DNA from: a virus
Taxonomy: Duplodnaviria; Caudoviricetes
Virus record (IMG/VR): IMGVR_UViG_3300046715_000123
Location: 432 to 64,431 of that record
Reading direction: 5' to 3' (one strand)
DNA: 64,000 nucleotides
Shown: positions 46,454 through 55,883 of the stretch, piece after piece
Numbering within the stretch: position 1 is the first letter of the stretch
Layout of the letters: each line of letters opens with the position of its first letter
Translations under genes and position numbers: made by a program
The notes under the pieces: generated by a model
Database searches by the model: none
The model's input: the letters and a program-made list of their open reading frames with translations, nothing else
Told to the model about the DNA's origin: nothing

Positions 46454-46714
46454 ATGAACACCTTACTGCTGAAGCCCGTCCCCGCGCCTGCGTCATCCGT
46501 CACGCCGGACCCGCTCCTCGACACCCCACTCCCCCAACTGCTGGCCGCGCACGGCGTCGAGCTCGTCGACTCCCAGATCGCGGACCGCACGTTCTTCGGC
46601 GCGTTCGTTGAGCGCCGTGACGGCTCCCGGATCCTGGCGATGCCGTCCGGCCGGCCTGCGTTCGAGCGGGACACGGTGGCGCGGATGCTGCTCGCCGACG
46701 GCCTCGGCCTGTAG
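46454..46714 (+). CDS. Hypothetical protein
   Basis: LLDTPLPQLLAAHGVEL...FFGAFV...ERDTVARMLL; RBS; terminator follows. Confidence 0.65.
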   Translation: MNTLLLKPVPAPASSVTPDPLLDTPLPQLLAAHGVELVDSQIADRTFFGAFVERRDGSRILAMPSGRPAFERDTVARMLLADGLGL

Positions 46715-46726
46715 CCGCACACGACG

Positions 46727-46761
46727 AAGGCCCCCACTCCCAATCGGGAGCGGGGGCCTTT
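46727..46761. terminator. Bidirectional terminator
   Basis: AAGGCCCCCACTCCC...GGGAGCGGGGGCCTT between convergent units. Confidence 0.65.
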
Positions 46762-46825
46762 CGCGTGCTCGTGGAGCGGCAAGACCACCCGTGGCGCCAG
46801 AGCGGGGAGCCGGCGGGCAGCGGGT

Positions 46826-47077
46826 TCAGTGTACGGGCGGGCTGGGCGGCGCTGACTCTGCCCGGTCTGCCGCCTCCAGGCGGACCGAGGAGGCGAGGTC
46901 GCGGACGGCGCTCGCCAGCTCGTACACGGCGTCTGCGGTCAGGTCGCGGGGGGCTTCGGCGTCCTGCTGGCGCACGTAGTTGTCGCCGCGCCAGGAGATG
47001 ACGGCGCCGCCCTTGCTGGCGAAGATCTCGGGGCCGAGGACGGTCACGTCGCCGTCCTGGTAGGGGTACCTGGGCAT
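46826..47077 (-). CDS. Hypothetical phage protein
   Basis: YQDGDVTVLGPEIFASKGGAVISWRGDNY; AAGGAG RBS. Confidence 0.65.
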   Translation of the reverse strand: MPRYPYQDGDVTVLGPEIFASKGGAVISWRGDNYVRQQDAEAPRDLTADAVYELASAVRDLASSVRLEAADRAESAPPSPPVH

Positions 47078-47079
47078 GG

Positions 47080-47436
47080 TCACTGCTCCTTGGGCTGGTC
47101 GGTCCATCCGGGTGCGCCGTGGCGGTCGGTGCAGGGCTGGCAGTGGTGCTGCCCGGTGTGGCTGGTTGGGAGGGTGCACCAGCAGTCGCCCCACTGGGTG
47201 TTGGGGTCGTCGGCGCGGCGGGGTGGGTCAACGCCGCAGTAGTCATCGTCGTCGCCGGTTTGGGCCGGGGCCGGGCCGGATGGCGCGTCGAGGGCTTCGA
47301 TCACTGCGTACAGCTCGCTGGTGCCGATCAGCGTCTGTCGGTGGAGTCGGGCGGCGTCGCGGATCCGGTCGAGCCGCTCGTGCAGGGCGTCGAGGTCGTC
47401 GCTGTTCATCTGATCCAACGTCTTGCGCACGGTCAC
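47080..47436 (-). CDS. Hypothetical phage protein
   Basis: LDQMNSDDLDALHERL; Cys/His C-terminus. Confidence 0.6.
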   Translation of the reverse strand: MTVRKTLDQMNSDDLDALHERLDRIRDAARLHRQTLIGTSELYAVIEALDAPSGPAPAQTGDDDDYCGVDPPRRADDPNTQWGDCWCTLPTSHTGQHHCQPCTDRHGAPGWTDQPKEQ

Positions 47437-47612
47437 GGCCGTCTCCCGTTCTTGATCCGCCCGCCCGCGTCGAGGTGGCCGTCGGCGGTGGCGAGCATGA
47501 CGGCGGCGCGTTCCAGGACGTCGGCGGGTATCTCGCCCCGGTAGCAGCGGCGGAGAATGTCCGCGGTCCGGGCCGTGACCCGCACCAACGGCGGACGCGG
47601 AACGGCCGTCAC
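47433..47612 (-). CDS. Hypothetical phage protein
   Basis: GTGA coupling both sides. Confidence 0.45.
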   Translation of the reverse strand: MTAVPRPPLVRVTARTADILRRCYRGEIPADVLERAAVMLATADGHLDAGGRIKNGRRP

Positions 47613-48136
47613 GACGTGGCCTCGTCGTCGGTCCACCGGTCACCGAACTGCGTGACGTGCATGTCGTGCGGGCCTTCGACGTAGCAGGCGATCCCCAGCC
47701 CGTTGCCCTTGGCGAGCAGGGCCGGACAGGCGGCAGGCTGCGGCTCGTCGTCGGCCGGGTCCCAAGTGGCCAGCGGATCACGGTCGGTGGTCGCCCACGT
47801 GAAGGTCGGGCAGGGGTGCGGGTAGCCGCATTCGTTGCAGTCGCCGTCGGTGAGGCCTCCGCCCGTGACGTGCTTGCTGTGTGCTTCGGCGATGCGGGCC
47901 AGGCGGGCTGTCGGATCGTCGGCCAGCACTATGCGGGTGGCGCCGCCGTGCCCGTGCACGGCTTTGATCGAGGCGATGCCGCGCGGGTGCGGGGTGGTGG
48001 TGGGCCACTCGCCGAGCCAGTGGACCGCTGCTTCGCCGTCGCTGAAGATCGCCCCTTCGGCGACCTTGCCGGTGCCACTGACGCCCGAGACGTCGGTGTC
48101 GCGGACCAGTTCGAACAGGATGGGCTGGTCGGTCAT
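47609..48136 (-). CDS. Hypothetical phage protein
   Basis: FELVRDTDVSGVSGTGKVAEGAIFSDG...HGHGGATRI; CNECGYPHPCPT. Confidence 0.7.
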   Translation of the reverse strand: MTDQPILFELVRDTDVSGVSGTGKVAEGAIFSDGEAAVHWLGEWPTTTPHPRGIASIKAVHGHGGATRIVLADDPTARLARIAEAHSKHVTGGGLTDGDCNECGYPHPCPTFTWATTDRDPLATWDPADDEPQPAACPALLAKGNGLGIACYVEGPHDMHVTQFGDRWTDDEATS

Positions 48137-48218
48137 GGTGTTCCTCCAGGCGGGCGGCGGCCGGAACCACCGCCCGGGGTCGGGGCGGGTCAGGCGGCGG
48201 GGTCGATGGCCTCAGCGA

Positions 48219-48512
48219 TCACGGGGTGGGCTCCTCTCGGTTGGCGCGGCGGATCTCAACGGCCGGACTGCGCGGCGGCGGTGGGTCGTTACGGTGCTGC
48301 CAGGCATGCCAGCCCTGGACGGGGTGGGCGATCAACCAGCCGATGTTCTCGGCGGACAGCACCAGCCACACGGCCCACCAGCGGGCGCTGTGACGGGCGG
48401 GCCGCTTACCGACGTTCTGCCAGGCGGCCCACTGGGAGGCGCGGTGGCCGAGGCGGGCCCGGCCGAGGGCGTACCCCACGGCCAGGAGTGCGGCGTACAG
48501 GAGCTCGCTCAC
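48219..48512 (-). CDS. Small membrane protein
   Basis: LLYAALLAVGYALGR; Trp-rich. Confidence 0.5.
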   Translation of the reverse strand: MSELLYAALLAVGYALGRARLGHRASQWAAWQNVGKRPARHSARWWAVWLVLSAENIGWLIAHPVQGWHAWQHRNDPPPPRSPAVEIRRANREEPTP

Positions 48513-49633
48513 GGTCGGTCTCCGTCCTGCGGCGCCCCGCCAGCGGGCAGCCCGGCGGCGGGCTCGACGGTGTACGAGGTGGTCTCCCGGACGATGCGGC
48601 GTTGCACGGGTTGACCGTCGGCCCATGCCGGTGCGTTCTGGCTGGCTGCCTGGTAGCGGTCCACGGCGAGGGAGCGGGCGCCGAAGCCGCGGCTGTCGCC
48701 GGTCCACGTGTCGCCGTCGAGGATCTCCACACGCCAGCAGTGGAACGGCTCGTGGGCCTCCTCGTCGGTGTGGGGTGCGGCGGCCTGCACCACAGCGTCC
48801 GGCATGTAGCTGGCGACGACCGCACCGAGCGTCTGGGAGGCGATGGCAAGCACGCTGCCGCCGCAGAAGTCGCACGACGCACCGCCCGGCAGCTCGGCGA
48901 GCGTGAGGGGCTGCCATCCGGTCTCCTGCCGTGCGCAGGTGACGCAGTACAGGGTTCGGGTGCCGGGCGAGCGGTACGCCACGACACGGTCCGCGGCCTG
49001 CGTGTCGGCTGGTGTCTCGTCGGCCAGACGACGCAGCTCGTCACCCCACTCGCGGACCTGCTTGGCGGCGGAGCGTCGGTAGATGCGGGTCAGCCCCTCC
49101 TTGTCGCCGGTCTCGGCGTCCTTGGCGAGCCGGTCGGCGACCTCGGCGTACACGTCTGCCCGGTCGACGGTCGCGGGCAGCACCGCCAGCACCGCATCGG
49201 CGCGACTCTGGTAGCCCCGGTAGGCGGGGCTCTTCGTCTTGTCGAAACCCTCGGCCCACGTCCAGCCGTCGGCGGCGGCGAGGATGTCGGCGATCCGCTC
49301 CCGCAGCGCGGCCTGGCCGGTGGCAGGCGCCGCGACGGCAGACGAGACGGGCTCCCACCCCGTCTGGAACGCTTCGTCCGACGTGGCCGTGAAACAGTCC
49401 GCGAACTTCAGCACCCAGTCCCCGGGCTTGAGGCCCACCCAGTGGCTGGCGTCGCTGAGCAGTTGCGCGTCCTGGTCCGGGTCCTCAGCGCGGTCCTCCG
49501 GGTCGATCGTGTCGAAGTCGGGCCCGCAGAACGCGCGCAACTGGTCGGCGTTGCTGCCGGTCCATTGGACGGCTTCGATCTCGGTGGTGCGGTGGCGGTA
49601 GAGAGCGGCCTGCGGGTCGGTGGTGTCGGTCAT
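48509..49633 (-). CDS. Mosaic hypothetical phage protein
   Basis: EIEAVQWTGSN N-domain; CVTC/CDFC; AAGGAG RBS. Confidence 0.65.
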   Translation of the reverse strand: MTDTTDPQAALYRHRTTEIEAVQWTGSNADQLRAFCGPDFDTIDPEDRAEDPDQDAQLLSDASHWVGLKPGDWVLKFADCFTATSDEAFQTGWEPVSSAVAAPATGQAALRERIADILAAADGWTWAEGFDKTKSPAYRGYQSRADAVLAVLPATVDRADVYAEVADRLAKDAETGDKEGLTRIYRRSAAKQVREWGDELRRLADETPADTQAADRVVAYRSPGTRTLYCVTCARQETGWQPLTLAELPGGASCDFCGGSVLAIASQTLGAVVASYMPDAVVQAAAPHTDEEAHEPFHCWRVEILDGDTWTGDSRGFGARSLAVDRYQAASQNAPAWADGQPVQRRIVRETTSYTVEPAAGLPAGGAPQDGDRP

Positions 49634-49716
49634 GCTGCTGCTCCTTGATCGTGCGAGAGGATGGGCGGGCCGGTCGCCGCCTGCTTCCGACAGGCGGCGG
49701 CCGGTGTTGGGTGTGG

Positions 49717-50085
49717 TCACTGGCTCCAGCCGAGGAGCCGGAACTCGGCCCCCCGATCCTCCAGCTCGCGCTTCGAGTCGCAGACCTCGGCCGCCCAGAC
49801 CAGGCGGAGGATCGCGTCACCGTGCGACGACGGGACGGTCTGGTACTCGCCGTAGATGAAGCCCTCTTCGCCAAGCCAGATCGCGTTGTGCTTGTCCGTC
49901 GGCCGGTCGGCCATCGGGGCGATCCCGGCCTCGACGGCGGCACGCAGCCACTCTTCGGCCTCGCCGAGCAGCACCTTCTGGCTCTGCTGGCTCAGCTGGT
50001 TCCAGCTGGGGTTGAGGCCGCTGCCAGACTCATGGGCGATGTCCTGGCGGCGCTGGGCGAGTTGACGGGCGCGGGGGTCGGTCAT
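49717..50085 (-). CDS. Hypothetical phage protein
   Basis: GGAGGA RBS; GC3 bias. Confidence 0.65.
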   Translation of the reverse strand: MTDPRARQLAQRRQDIAHESGSGLNPSWNQLSQQSQKVLLGEAEEWLRAAVEAGIAPMADRPTDKHNAIWLGEEGFIYGEYQTVPSSHGDAILRLVWAAEVCDSKRELEDRGAEFRLLGWSQ

Positions 50086-50169
50086 CGGGTTCCTCCTGGG
50101 TTGTCGCCCCGACCGGCTGGTGTGGGGCGGGTTGTCGGGGTCGGGCGGCCATCAACGGGCGGGGGTCGG

Positions 50170-50676
50170 TCACACGCCGGGAGCGGCGCGCAGACGCTGG
50201 TTCTCGGCTTCGGCCTGCTTCAGCCAGCCCTGGTACGCCTCGCGGTCCTTGACGACGCGGAGGATCCCCTCGCCGTAGGCCTGAGCGCGGAAGCGGGCGG
50301 ACTGCCAGGCGGCCCGGTAGCGGTCGCGTTCGGCGCGCGCGGCTCGGATGTCGGCCCCCATGGCGGTGATGACCTGGGTGGCACGGTCGGCGATGGTGTC
50401 CGCGTCGGCCTGGTCGGCGAGTTCGGTGGTGAGGCGGCGGTACGCGTCGAGCAGCGCGTCGATGTCCTCGCGGGCGTGCCGCACGAACGCGGCGTCCGCT
50501 TCGGCCTGCTCGCCGGCCCCGAACTCCAGGTCGCCGACGCCCATCAGTTGGCCGTGGGTGGTGTTGGCGTGGAACGCGGGCCCGTAGGCCGGGTACGGCT
50601 CCCACGGCCCGGGGGTGGCGGCGTTGGTGCGGGCTTCGATGTCGTCGAGTTGCTGGGGGGTGAGCGGCAGGGTCAT
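50170..50676 (-). CDS. Ead/Ea22-like phage protein
   Basis: LDDIEARTNAATPGPW...DAAFVRHAREDIDALL. Confidence 0.65.
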   Translation of the reverse strand: MTLPLTPQQLDDIEARTNAATPGPWEPYPAYGPAFHANTTHGQLMGVGDLEFGAGEQAEADAAFVRHAREDIDALLDAYRRLTTELADQADADTIADRATQVITAMGADIRAARAERDRYRAAWQSARFRAQAYGEGILRVVKDREAYQGWLKQAEAENQRLRAAPGV

Positions 50677-50728
50677 CGGGTCTCCTCGGTGGGTGGTTGC
50701 GGGCGGGTTGGTTTGGGGTGGCAGCGGG

Positions 50729-51133
50729 TCAGGCCGCGGGTCGTGTGCGGGCCTGAGACGGCCCAGGAGCGATCCGGGGCTCCTGGGCCCCGTCCGACGG
50801 CTGCGGGACGCTCCTGGGGGCGCTGGGCGGCTCCCGTGGCGCCTCCGGGTCTGCACCTGCCAGCTCACCCACGCGGGCTTCGAGCCGCTGCACCTCCTCG
50901 TCGGCCGCCTCCCGATGCCGCTGCAAGGCGCGCGTCGTATCCCCCAGCGACCGCCGCGTCTTCTCCGCCTTACGGCGCTCAGCCCGCACATAGTCGGCAA
51001 GCACCACCGCCTCCGGAATCGTGAGAACACCACGGAGAGCACGCCCGAGCAGGACGTCGATGACGGCCTGACGGGTAGCGCGCTCATGCTGGCTCGGCTT
51101 CGGAGCACGAACCGAGGGCCTCTGACGCGGCAT
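50729..51133 (-). CDS. Hypothetical coiled-coil protein
   Basis: Coupled to upstream HTH gene. Confidence 0.55.
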   Translation of the reverse strand: MPRQRPSVRAPKPSQHERATRQAVIDVLLGRALRGVLTIPEAVVLADYVRAERRKAEKTRRSLGDTTRALQRHREAADEEVQRLEARVGELAGADPEAPREPPSAPRSVPQPSDGAQEPRIAPGPSQARTRPAA

Positions 51134-51450
51134 CACGCGGCCTGCCTGAATCCCTCGGACCGCCACCGGTACACGCTGCGCGGGGTGACGCCGACGATGC
51201 GGGCGATCTCCCCGGCCGGGGTGCCGCGTTCGGACAACCCGCGGGCGACCATGACGCGCTCCAACCGGGTCAGACCGTCAACCGGGCGGGCGTCACGGAC
51301 GATCAACTCGACGTCGTACTCGTCGGCAACCGTCCACTCGGTGTAGTCCGGGTTGCCGTGGCGGGCGATGCGGATCCGGTGCTTGTGGCAGATCCGCCGG
51401 CCGGTGCGGGCGTAGTTGGTGCAGCCGTCGATGTCACAGGTGCGGGTCAT
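51133..51450 (-). CDS. Zn-finger/HTH protein
   Basis: CDIDGC...CHKH plus EIARIVGVTPRSVYRWR. Confidence 0.75.
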   Translation of the reverse strand: MTRTCDIDGCTNYARTGRRICHKHRIRIARHGNPDYTEWTVADEYDVELIVRDARPVDGLTRLERVMVARGLSERGTPAGEIARIVGVTPRSVYRWRSEGFRQAA

Positions 51451-51881
51451 GCGGCACGCTCCGCGGGCGCCTTGTGGACGCTGAACCCGCCGTCGGGGTG
51501 CCGGATGATCCAGTCGCCGAAAAGGGCGACGACGTGGCCGGGCTTGGCGCCGATGCGCAGGCCGATCGTGACCACGTGCCCGTCGTCGTCGGTCTCGGTG
51601 AACTGCTTGGTGAAGACGCCGAGCCTGTCCAGCTCGTGGTCAACGCGGGCCAGGTTGCGAGGCGTGAGCTGCCACGTCTTGCAGCCGACTGCCTCCAGCT
51701 CGACGACGGGGCGGCAGTTGTCGCATTCGCCGCGGACGTCGGTGAGGTTGCCGTGCTCGTCCACGTCGCGGTCGTCGACGTCGCCGACGTACTCGCCGCA
51801 GCCGTTGCAGCAGCGCTTCATGGTGATCGTGCGGGAGGTGGCGGAGTGGATCCGGTCGGGGGTGTTGGTGCGAGCGTTCAT
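51447..51881 (-). CDS. Hypothetical protein with CxxC pairs
   Basis: KRCCNGCG...ECDNC; VALFGDWII. Confidence 0.65.
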   Translation of the reverse strand: MNARTNTPDRIHSATSRTITMKRCCNGCGEYVGDVDDRDVDEHGNLTDVRGECDNCRPVVELEAVGCKTWQLTPRNLARVDHELDRLGVFTKQFTETDDDGHVVTIGLRIGAKPGHVVALFGDWIIRHPDGGFSVHKAPAERAA

Positions 51882-52183
51882 GCGGCTGTCTCCTCGGCTT
51901 CCTGGTAGCGGCGGGCGTGGACGGTGGTGCGGGCGCGGCCTTCGTCGTGGCACGGGATGGTCGGTTCGACTTGGCATTCGGGGCAGCAGGCGGACAACTG
52001 CGCCCAGGCGGAGATCCGCTGCGGGTGCGGCTGCGGCAACTGCCGGCCGGTGGTGCGCAGGGCGCACGGCTTGTGCGCGGCCACCCCGCAGTGCGGGCAG
52101 GGGATCGCGCGGGCCGGGTGGTGCTTGGCGCGCATGAAATGCCGCAGCGACTCCGGCATGGGGGCACCAGCGTGAAGCGTCAT
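51878..52183 (-). CDS. Tandem zinc-finger protein
   Basis: CPHCGVAAHKPC...H and CPECQVEPTIPC...H. Confidence 0.7.
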   Translation of the reverse strand: MTLHAGAPMPESLRHFMRAKHHPARAIPCPHCGVAAHKPCALRTTGRQLPQPHPQRISAWAQLSACCPECQVEPTIPCHDEGRARTTVHARRYQEAEETAA

Positions 52184-52518
52184 CGGGACTCCTCCGCGCG
52201 CTCGGTGGCAGCGGCGATCCCGCTGCACTCCTGGCGGAGGCGTTCGCTCTCGACCTCGCGACGGGCTGCGATGCGGGAGTTGGTGGCGCAGATCTTCTCC
52301 ATGACCGCGGCATCTTCGAGGAGCCGCGGGTCGTTGTCCTCGCGCTCCTTACGGGCGGACCAGCACGGGGCGCAGAGCAACGGCTGCTTGTCGATGGAGC
52401 ACCAGGGGCAGGTGAAGGCTCCGGCTCCCAGGTGGAGGCCGCAGTCCGGCTCGTACAGGAACAGCGGGCGAGGCTGCTTGCAGTTGTCGCAGTTCGCTTC
52501 GATCGGCTTGTCTGTCAT
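52180..52518 (-). CDS. Cys-rich hypothetical protein
   Basis: CDNC, CPWC, CAPC. Confidence 0.6.
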   Translation of the reverse strand: MTDKPIEANCDNCKQPRPLFLYEPDCGLHLGAGAFTCPWCSIDKQPLLCAPCWSARKEREDNDPRLLEDAAVMEKICATNSRIAARREVESERLRQECSGIAAATERAEESR

Positions 52519-52817
52519 CGGTTCTCCTTGGGGCAGTTGCCGCAGTCGCAGGGCTGGTCGGGGAAGTGCTCGGTGTTGCGGTAGTGGCGGACCGCCGCAT
52601 CCCAGACATGGGCGGGGATCTGGCGTTCCGGCGGCGGACCCGGCGGACTCGTACCGCGGGGCCAGGCGCCGGGCCGGTGACCGGGCGGCTTCGGGACCAC
52701 GGGCTTCGGCTTGTCTTCGCGGCGAGAGCGGCCGGCCCGGATCTGATCGCGGAGGAACCTGCCGAGATCGCCCTGCTCCCGCATGTCGCGGACGTCGTCA
52801 CGCTCAACCTCAGTCAC
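52515..52817 (-). CDS. Hypothetical protein
   Basis: MREQGDLGRFLR...PGAWP; coupled. Confidence 0.6.
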   Translation of the reverse strand: MTEVERDDVRDMREQGDLGRFLRDQIRAGRSRREDKPKPVVPKPPGHRPGAWPRGTSPPGPPPERQIPAHVWDAAVRHYRNTEHFPDQPCDCGNCPKENR

Positions 52818-53464
52818 GACGTGATCTCGTCGTCGACGAGCACCGCGTCCGGGATGTCCGCCTCGGCCTCCATGCGGGTGAGACTGCGGGCGGAAGCCGC
52901 CTTGCGGCGCTCCATCTCCGCCTGCTCGGCAGCCGGATCCGTGTCGCCGGCTCGGGCCCCGTGGGGCGCCCGCTCGCTACCGCCGGGCGTCCGGCACGGC
53001 CGGCCTATCGCCGCGCCGCACTTCGGGCACTCCTTGCCGAGTGGGCCCGGCCGCTTCACCGCGGCCACCTCGCCCGGGACCGTGCGCCCGATCCCAGCCA
53101 GAAGCTCAGCGACAGGACGGCGCTTCATCTCGAGGCCATCCGCGGCGCGGGTGCGCAGGCCACGAAGCGCCGACAGGTATGCCTGAACGTCGTCCGGGTC
53201 CGCGTCCGGGATCTCCGCCGACAGGCCGGGGCCCTGGAAGTCCGCAGCCCGGTCGTCGCGCTGCTTACGAATCTCCGTGATGATCTCGGCCGGACTGACG
53301 AACGGCTGCTTACGAGCAACAGCGGCAGCAGCAGAACGGGCATCGGCGAGAGCGAAGTCCGCGAGGACGTCGTGCCAGGCGTCCGGGGTGTACTCGTCGA
53401 ACTTCTGGCCAGGACACAGCGCCCGCACGTAACGGGCCAAAATCACAACTTCATCGGGGCTCAT
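52814..53464 (-). CDS. Helicase loader/inhibitor-like protein with Zn finger
   Basis: AWHDVL...FVSPAEII; CPKCGAAIGRPC; follows replication initiator. Confidence 0.65.
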   Translation of the reverse strand: MSPDEVVILARYVRALCPGQKFDEYTPDAWHDVLADFALADARSAAAAVARKQPFVSPAEIITEIRKQRDDRAADFQGPGLSAEIPDADPDDVQAYLSALRGLRTRAADGLEMKRRPVAELLAGIGRTVPGEVAAVKRPGPLGKECPKCGAAIGRPCRTPGGSERAPHGARAGDTDPAAEQAEMERRKAASARSLTRMEAEADIPDAVLVDDEITS

Positions 53465-54420
53465 TGACCCTCCTGATTCATTCGGGCTCGGGCTCGGACC
53501 ATGGCGCGGTCGGCCCAGTCGTCGACTTCTTGCTGATTGCGGGAGGCAGGTCCGGTCTGTCCGACAGCGGCGGGCAGGTAGCTGACGCCGTCCTGCTGCT
53601 CGGGGGCCTCGAGGGTTCTCCAGCCCTGAACCCAGGCGGAGGTGCCTGCCGGTGGGCCTTTGAGGCGGGCGGAGCTGACGGCGTAGGCGACCATCGCCGG
53701 GACGCCGACTCGTTCGATGGCTTGGCGGGTGTACTCCCAGCCGGACTCGCGGAGGTCCCAGGCGACGCCCGAGAAGCCGGCGTTGGCGATGCCGCGCTTC
53801 AGTTCGGCGAGGGGATCCGGGAGTCCGCCCGATCGCTGCTCGCCGGCAGCACCAGTACTTCCGTAGGAAGTACTGGGGTAAGGAGTGGCACCGGCATGGA
53901 TACCCGTGACGGAAGCGTCACGCCGTGACTCATGCTCGTGACCTGCGACGGAGTCGAACAACGTCGATTTTTCCGAAGCACTTTCACTTTTTTTCGAGGA
54001 CGAATCGAAGGTAAAGTTGTTTTTTTCGTCGGCCTTTCGGTCGCCGTTTCCGTCCTCGCGGGCCCCCTCGCGGTGCTTCGCCTGGCGGTCGCGGGCCTTC
54101 TTCTTCTCCGCCTCGTGACGGGCACGGGAGGTGTTGCGGCCGTCGTCGAGGAAGTCGTGGAAGACGTAGTCGCCCGGGGCCGGGTCGGGACACGCGCTGG
54201 GGCAGTCGTGGCCGTGCTCGTGCCACAGGCCGGCCTTGACGAGCTTGGCCGCCTGGGGCTTGCTGCCGTACAGCTCGGCGACTACGCCGGGCACGATGCC
54301 GTCGGTCAGGTGCTGGGCCGCGTAGGCGCCACAGCGCAGCCAAAGACCGAGCGCAGCGTTCCCAGCCTTGATCAGCTTCGGGTGGGAGTGCGCCTTGTCA
54401 TCGATCCTGAACCAGGGCAT
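53461..54420 (-). CDS. Replication initiator-like protein
   Basis: MPWFRIDD...HPK...ALGLW...TDG...LVKAGLW...YVFHDF; AT-rich internal tract. Confidence 0.72.
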   Translation of the reverse strand: MPWFRIDDKAHSHPKLIKAGNAALGLWLRCGAYAAQHLTDGIVPGVVAELYGSKPQAAKLVKAGLWHEHGHDCPSACPDPAPGDYVFHDFLDDGRNTSRARHEAEKKKARDRQAKHREGAREDGNGDRKADEKNNFTFDSSSKKSESASEKSTLFDSVAGHEHESRRDASVTGIHAGATPYPSTSYGSTGAAGEQRSGGLPDPLAELKRGIANAGFSGVAWDLRESGWEYTRQAIERVGVPAMVAYAVSSARLKGPPAGTSAWVQGWRTLEAPEQQDGVSYLPAAVGQTGPASRNQQEVDDWADRAMVRARARMNQEGQ

Positions 54421-54451
54421 CAGCTTCCCCCTGGCTTCTCGTTGCAGTTCA

Positions 54452-55774
54452 TCAGGCAGCACCGCCCAGCGGCTGTGCAGCGATCTCCAGAGCTGAGAGG
54501 TGCCGCGGAAGGCAGACCGTGGGGTCCGTGCTCTGGTACGCGCCTGCCGCCGCAGCAGCCGCGAGGATGTCGTTGAGGTAGAAGTTGCCGTCCGCGGCTA
54601 CGCGGTTGTAGTGGCCGAGGAACGCGCCGCGTTCGTCGGCGGTCGGCCACCGGTTGGCGCCCGCACGGAAGCTGCGCGTCCAGAGGTCGACGGTTCGCTG
54701 CCGGAAGGCGTCGGCCCCCGTGTGCTCGAGCTCGTCCGCTCGCAGGCCGTGGTGGAGCTCGGACGAGTGATGGAAGCCGGCGAGGATTCCAGCGCGCCTG
54801 ATGCGATCCAGCGATATGCCACCGTCTGCGAGGTCGTCGACCTGGTCCTGTACGACCCTGAAGAGGAATGTGTCCGGCGGCTCGATATACGTGGTTGCAC
54901 CGTCGAGATCGGTCCAGGCGTCGCACCACTCGATGACGACGTTGGCACGCTCCTGATCGGCAGCACCCGCCGTTGCATCCTGAATGGTCGAGAGGCCTGC
55001 GGATCCGCCGAAGACGGCGTCAACGATCAGCCGCTCAGGATTGATCCAGTCGCTGCTCGCCTCGAGCTCAATGAGGCTGCGCGTAAAGTCGGCGCGCTCT
55101 CGATCTGAGGGCGCCTCTTCCAGATCGGCTGTCCAGGCGTGCGCCCAGCAATCAACAGCGGCCTGTCCAAGCGTGCTCAGCCCCCCGCTGTTCTTCTTGC
55201 CCGATGGGGCGACGATCTCGCGCGCCCGCTCGTGAAGGTCCTTGACCATGCGCCATCCGATGCCGCAGGCGTACCGGAAGGTGTTGTCGACCTTGACCGT
55301 CGGGTTGGTCATGGCCTTCTCGACGATGTCGGGCCAGACCTCTTGCGGCAGGCCGGCTTCGTAGAAGGAGTCGAGGCTGCCCTTCCAGCCGTCGGGAAGG
55401 TCGACGCGCACGGTCTTCCATCCGTCTTCGCGGGTCCAACTACTCCAGGCCTTCCTGAAGTGCTCGCGGTATGCGAGCTTCGGCGCCTGCTCCTCGCGCT
55501 TCTCGTCGGCCGCCTGCGTCATCGCGGCGGCCCACCGGAGCGCGTCGTCACTGACGTCGGCGACGATCGTGGCGTCCGGGCTGGCGCTGCTCTTGCCGTT
55601 GTTGCAGGGTTCGCAGCTGGTGGCGAGGTTGCTCGGTTCGTCGCCGCCGCCGAGCGCGACGGGCGTGACGTGGTCGACCCTCAACGGCACGTCCGGGGCG
55701 GACGCTCCGCAGTACCGGCAGGTGTAACTGTCCCGCCGGAGGATCTCGTACCGGAGGCGCTTGGAGACGGCCAT
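54452..55774 (-). CDS. HNH endonuclease with long C-terminal extension
   Basis: KRLRYEILRRDSYTCRYCG...DHVTPVALGG...NLATSCEPCNNGK. Confidence 0.85.
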   Translation of the reverse strand: MAVSKRLRYEILRRDSYTCRYCGASAPDVPLRVDHVTPVALGGGDEPSNLATSCEPCNNGKSSASPDATIVADVSDDALRWAAAMTQAADEKREEQAPKLAYREHFRKAWSSWTREDGWKTVRVDLPDGWKGSLDSFYEAGLPQEVWPDIVEKAMTNPTVKVDNTFRYACGIGWRMVKDLHERAREIVAPSGKKNSGGLSTLGQAAVDCWAHAWTADLEEAPSDRERADFTRSLIELEASSDWINPERLIVDAVFGGSAGLSTIQDATAGAADQERANVVIEWCDAWTDLDGATTYIEPPDTFLFRVVQDQVDDLADGGISLDRIRRAGILAGFHHSSELHHGLRADELEHTGADAFRQRTVDLWTRSFRAGANRWPTADERGAFLGHYNRVAADGNFYLNDILAAAAAAGAYQSTDPTVCLPRHLSALEIAAQPLGGAA

Positions 55775-55883
55775 CAGGGCTTCTTTCGATTGATCTTGGA
55801 CATGCGGAAGCTGGGGCGTCTGGCGGTGCCGGTTCGCACCTGCCATACTACTTTAAAGATTGGCCATATTGGAAGGATTGGAA

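Noticed and set aside
37173-46761. Independent AICE or plasmid inserted in the prophage
   Set aside because: No own integrase, excisionase or Rep gene and no flanking direct repeats noticed by eye; not fully excluded without comparative alignment.
53960-54040. AT-rich tract in the replication gene as origin
   Set aside because: Plausible by analogy with lambdoid initiators, but no clear iterons could be identified, so not called.
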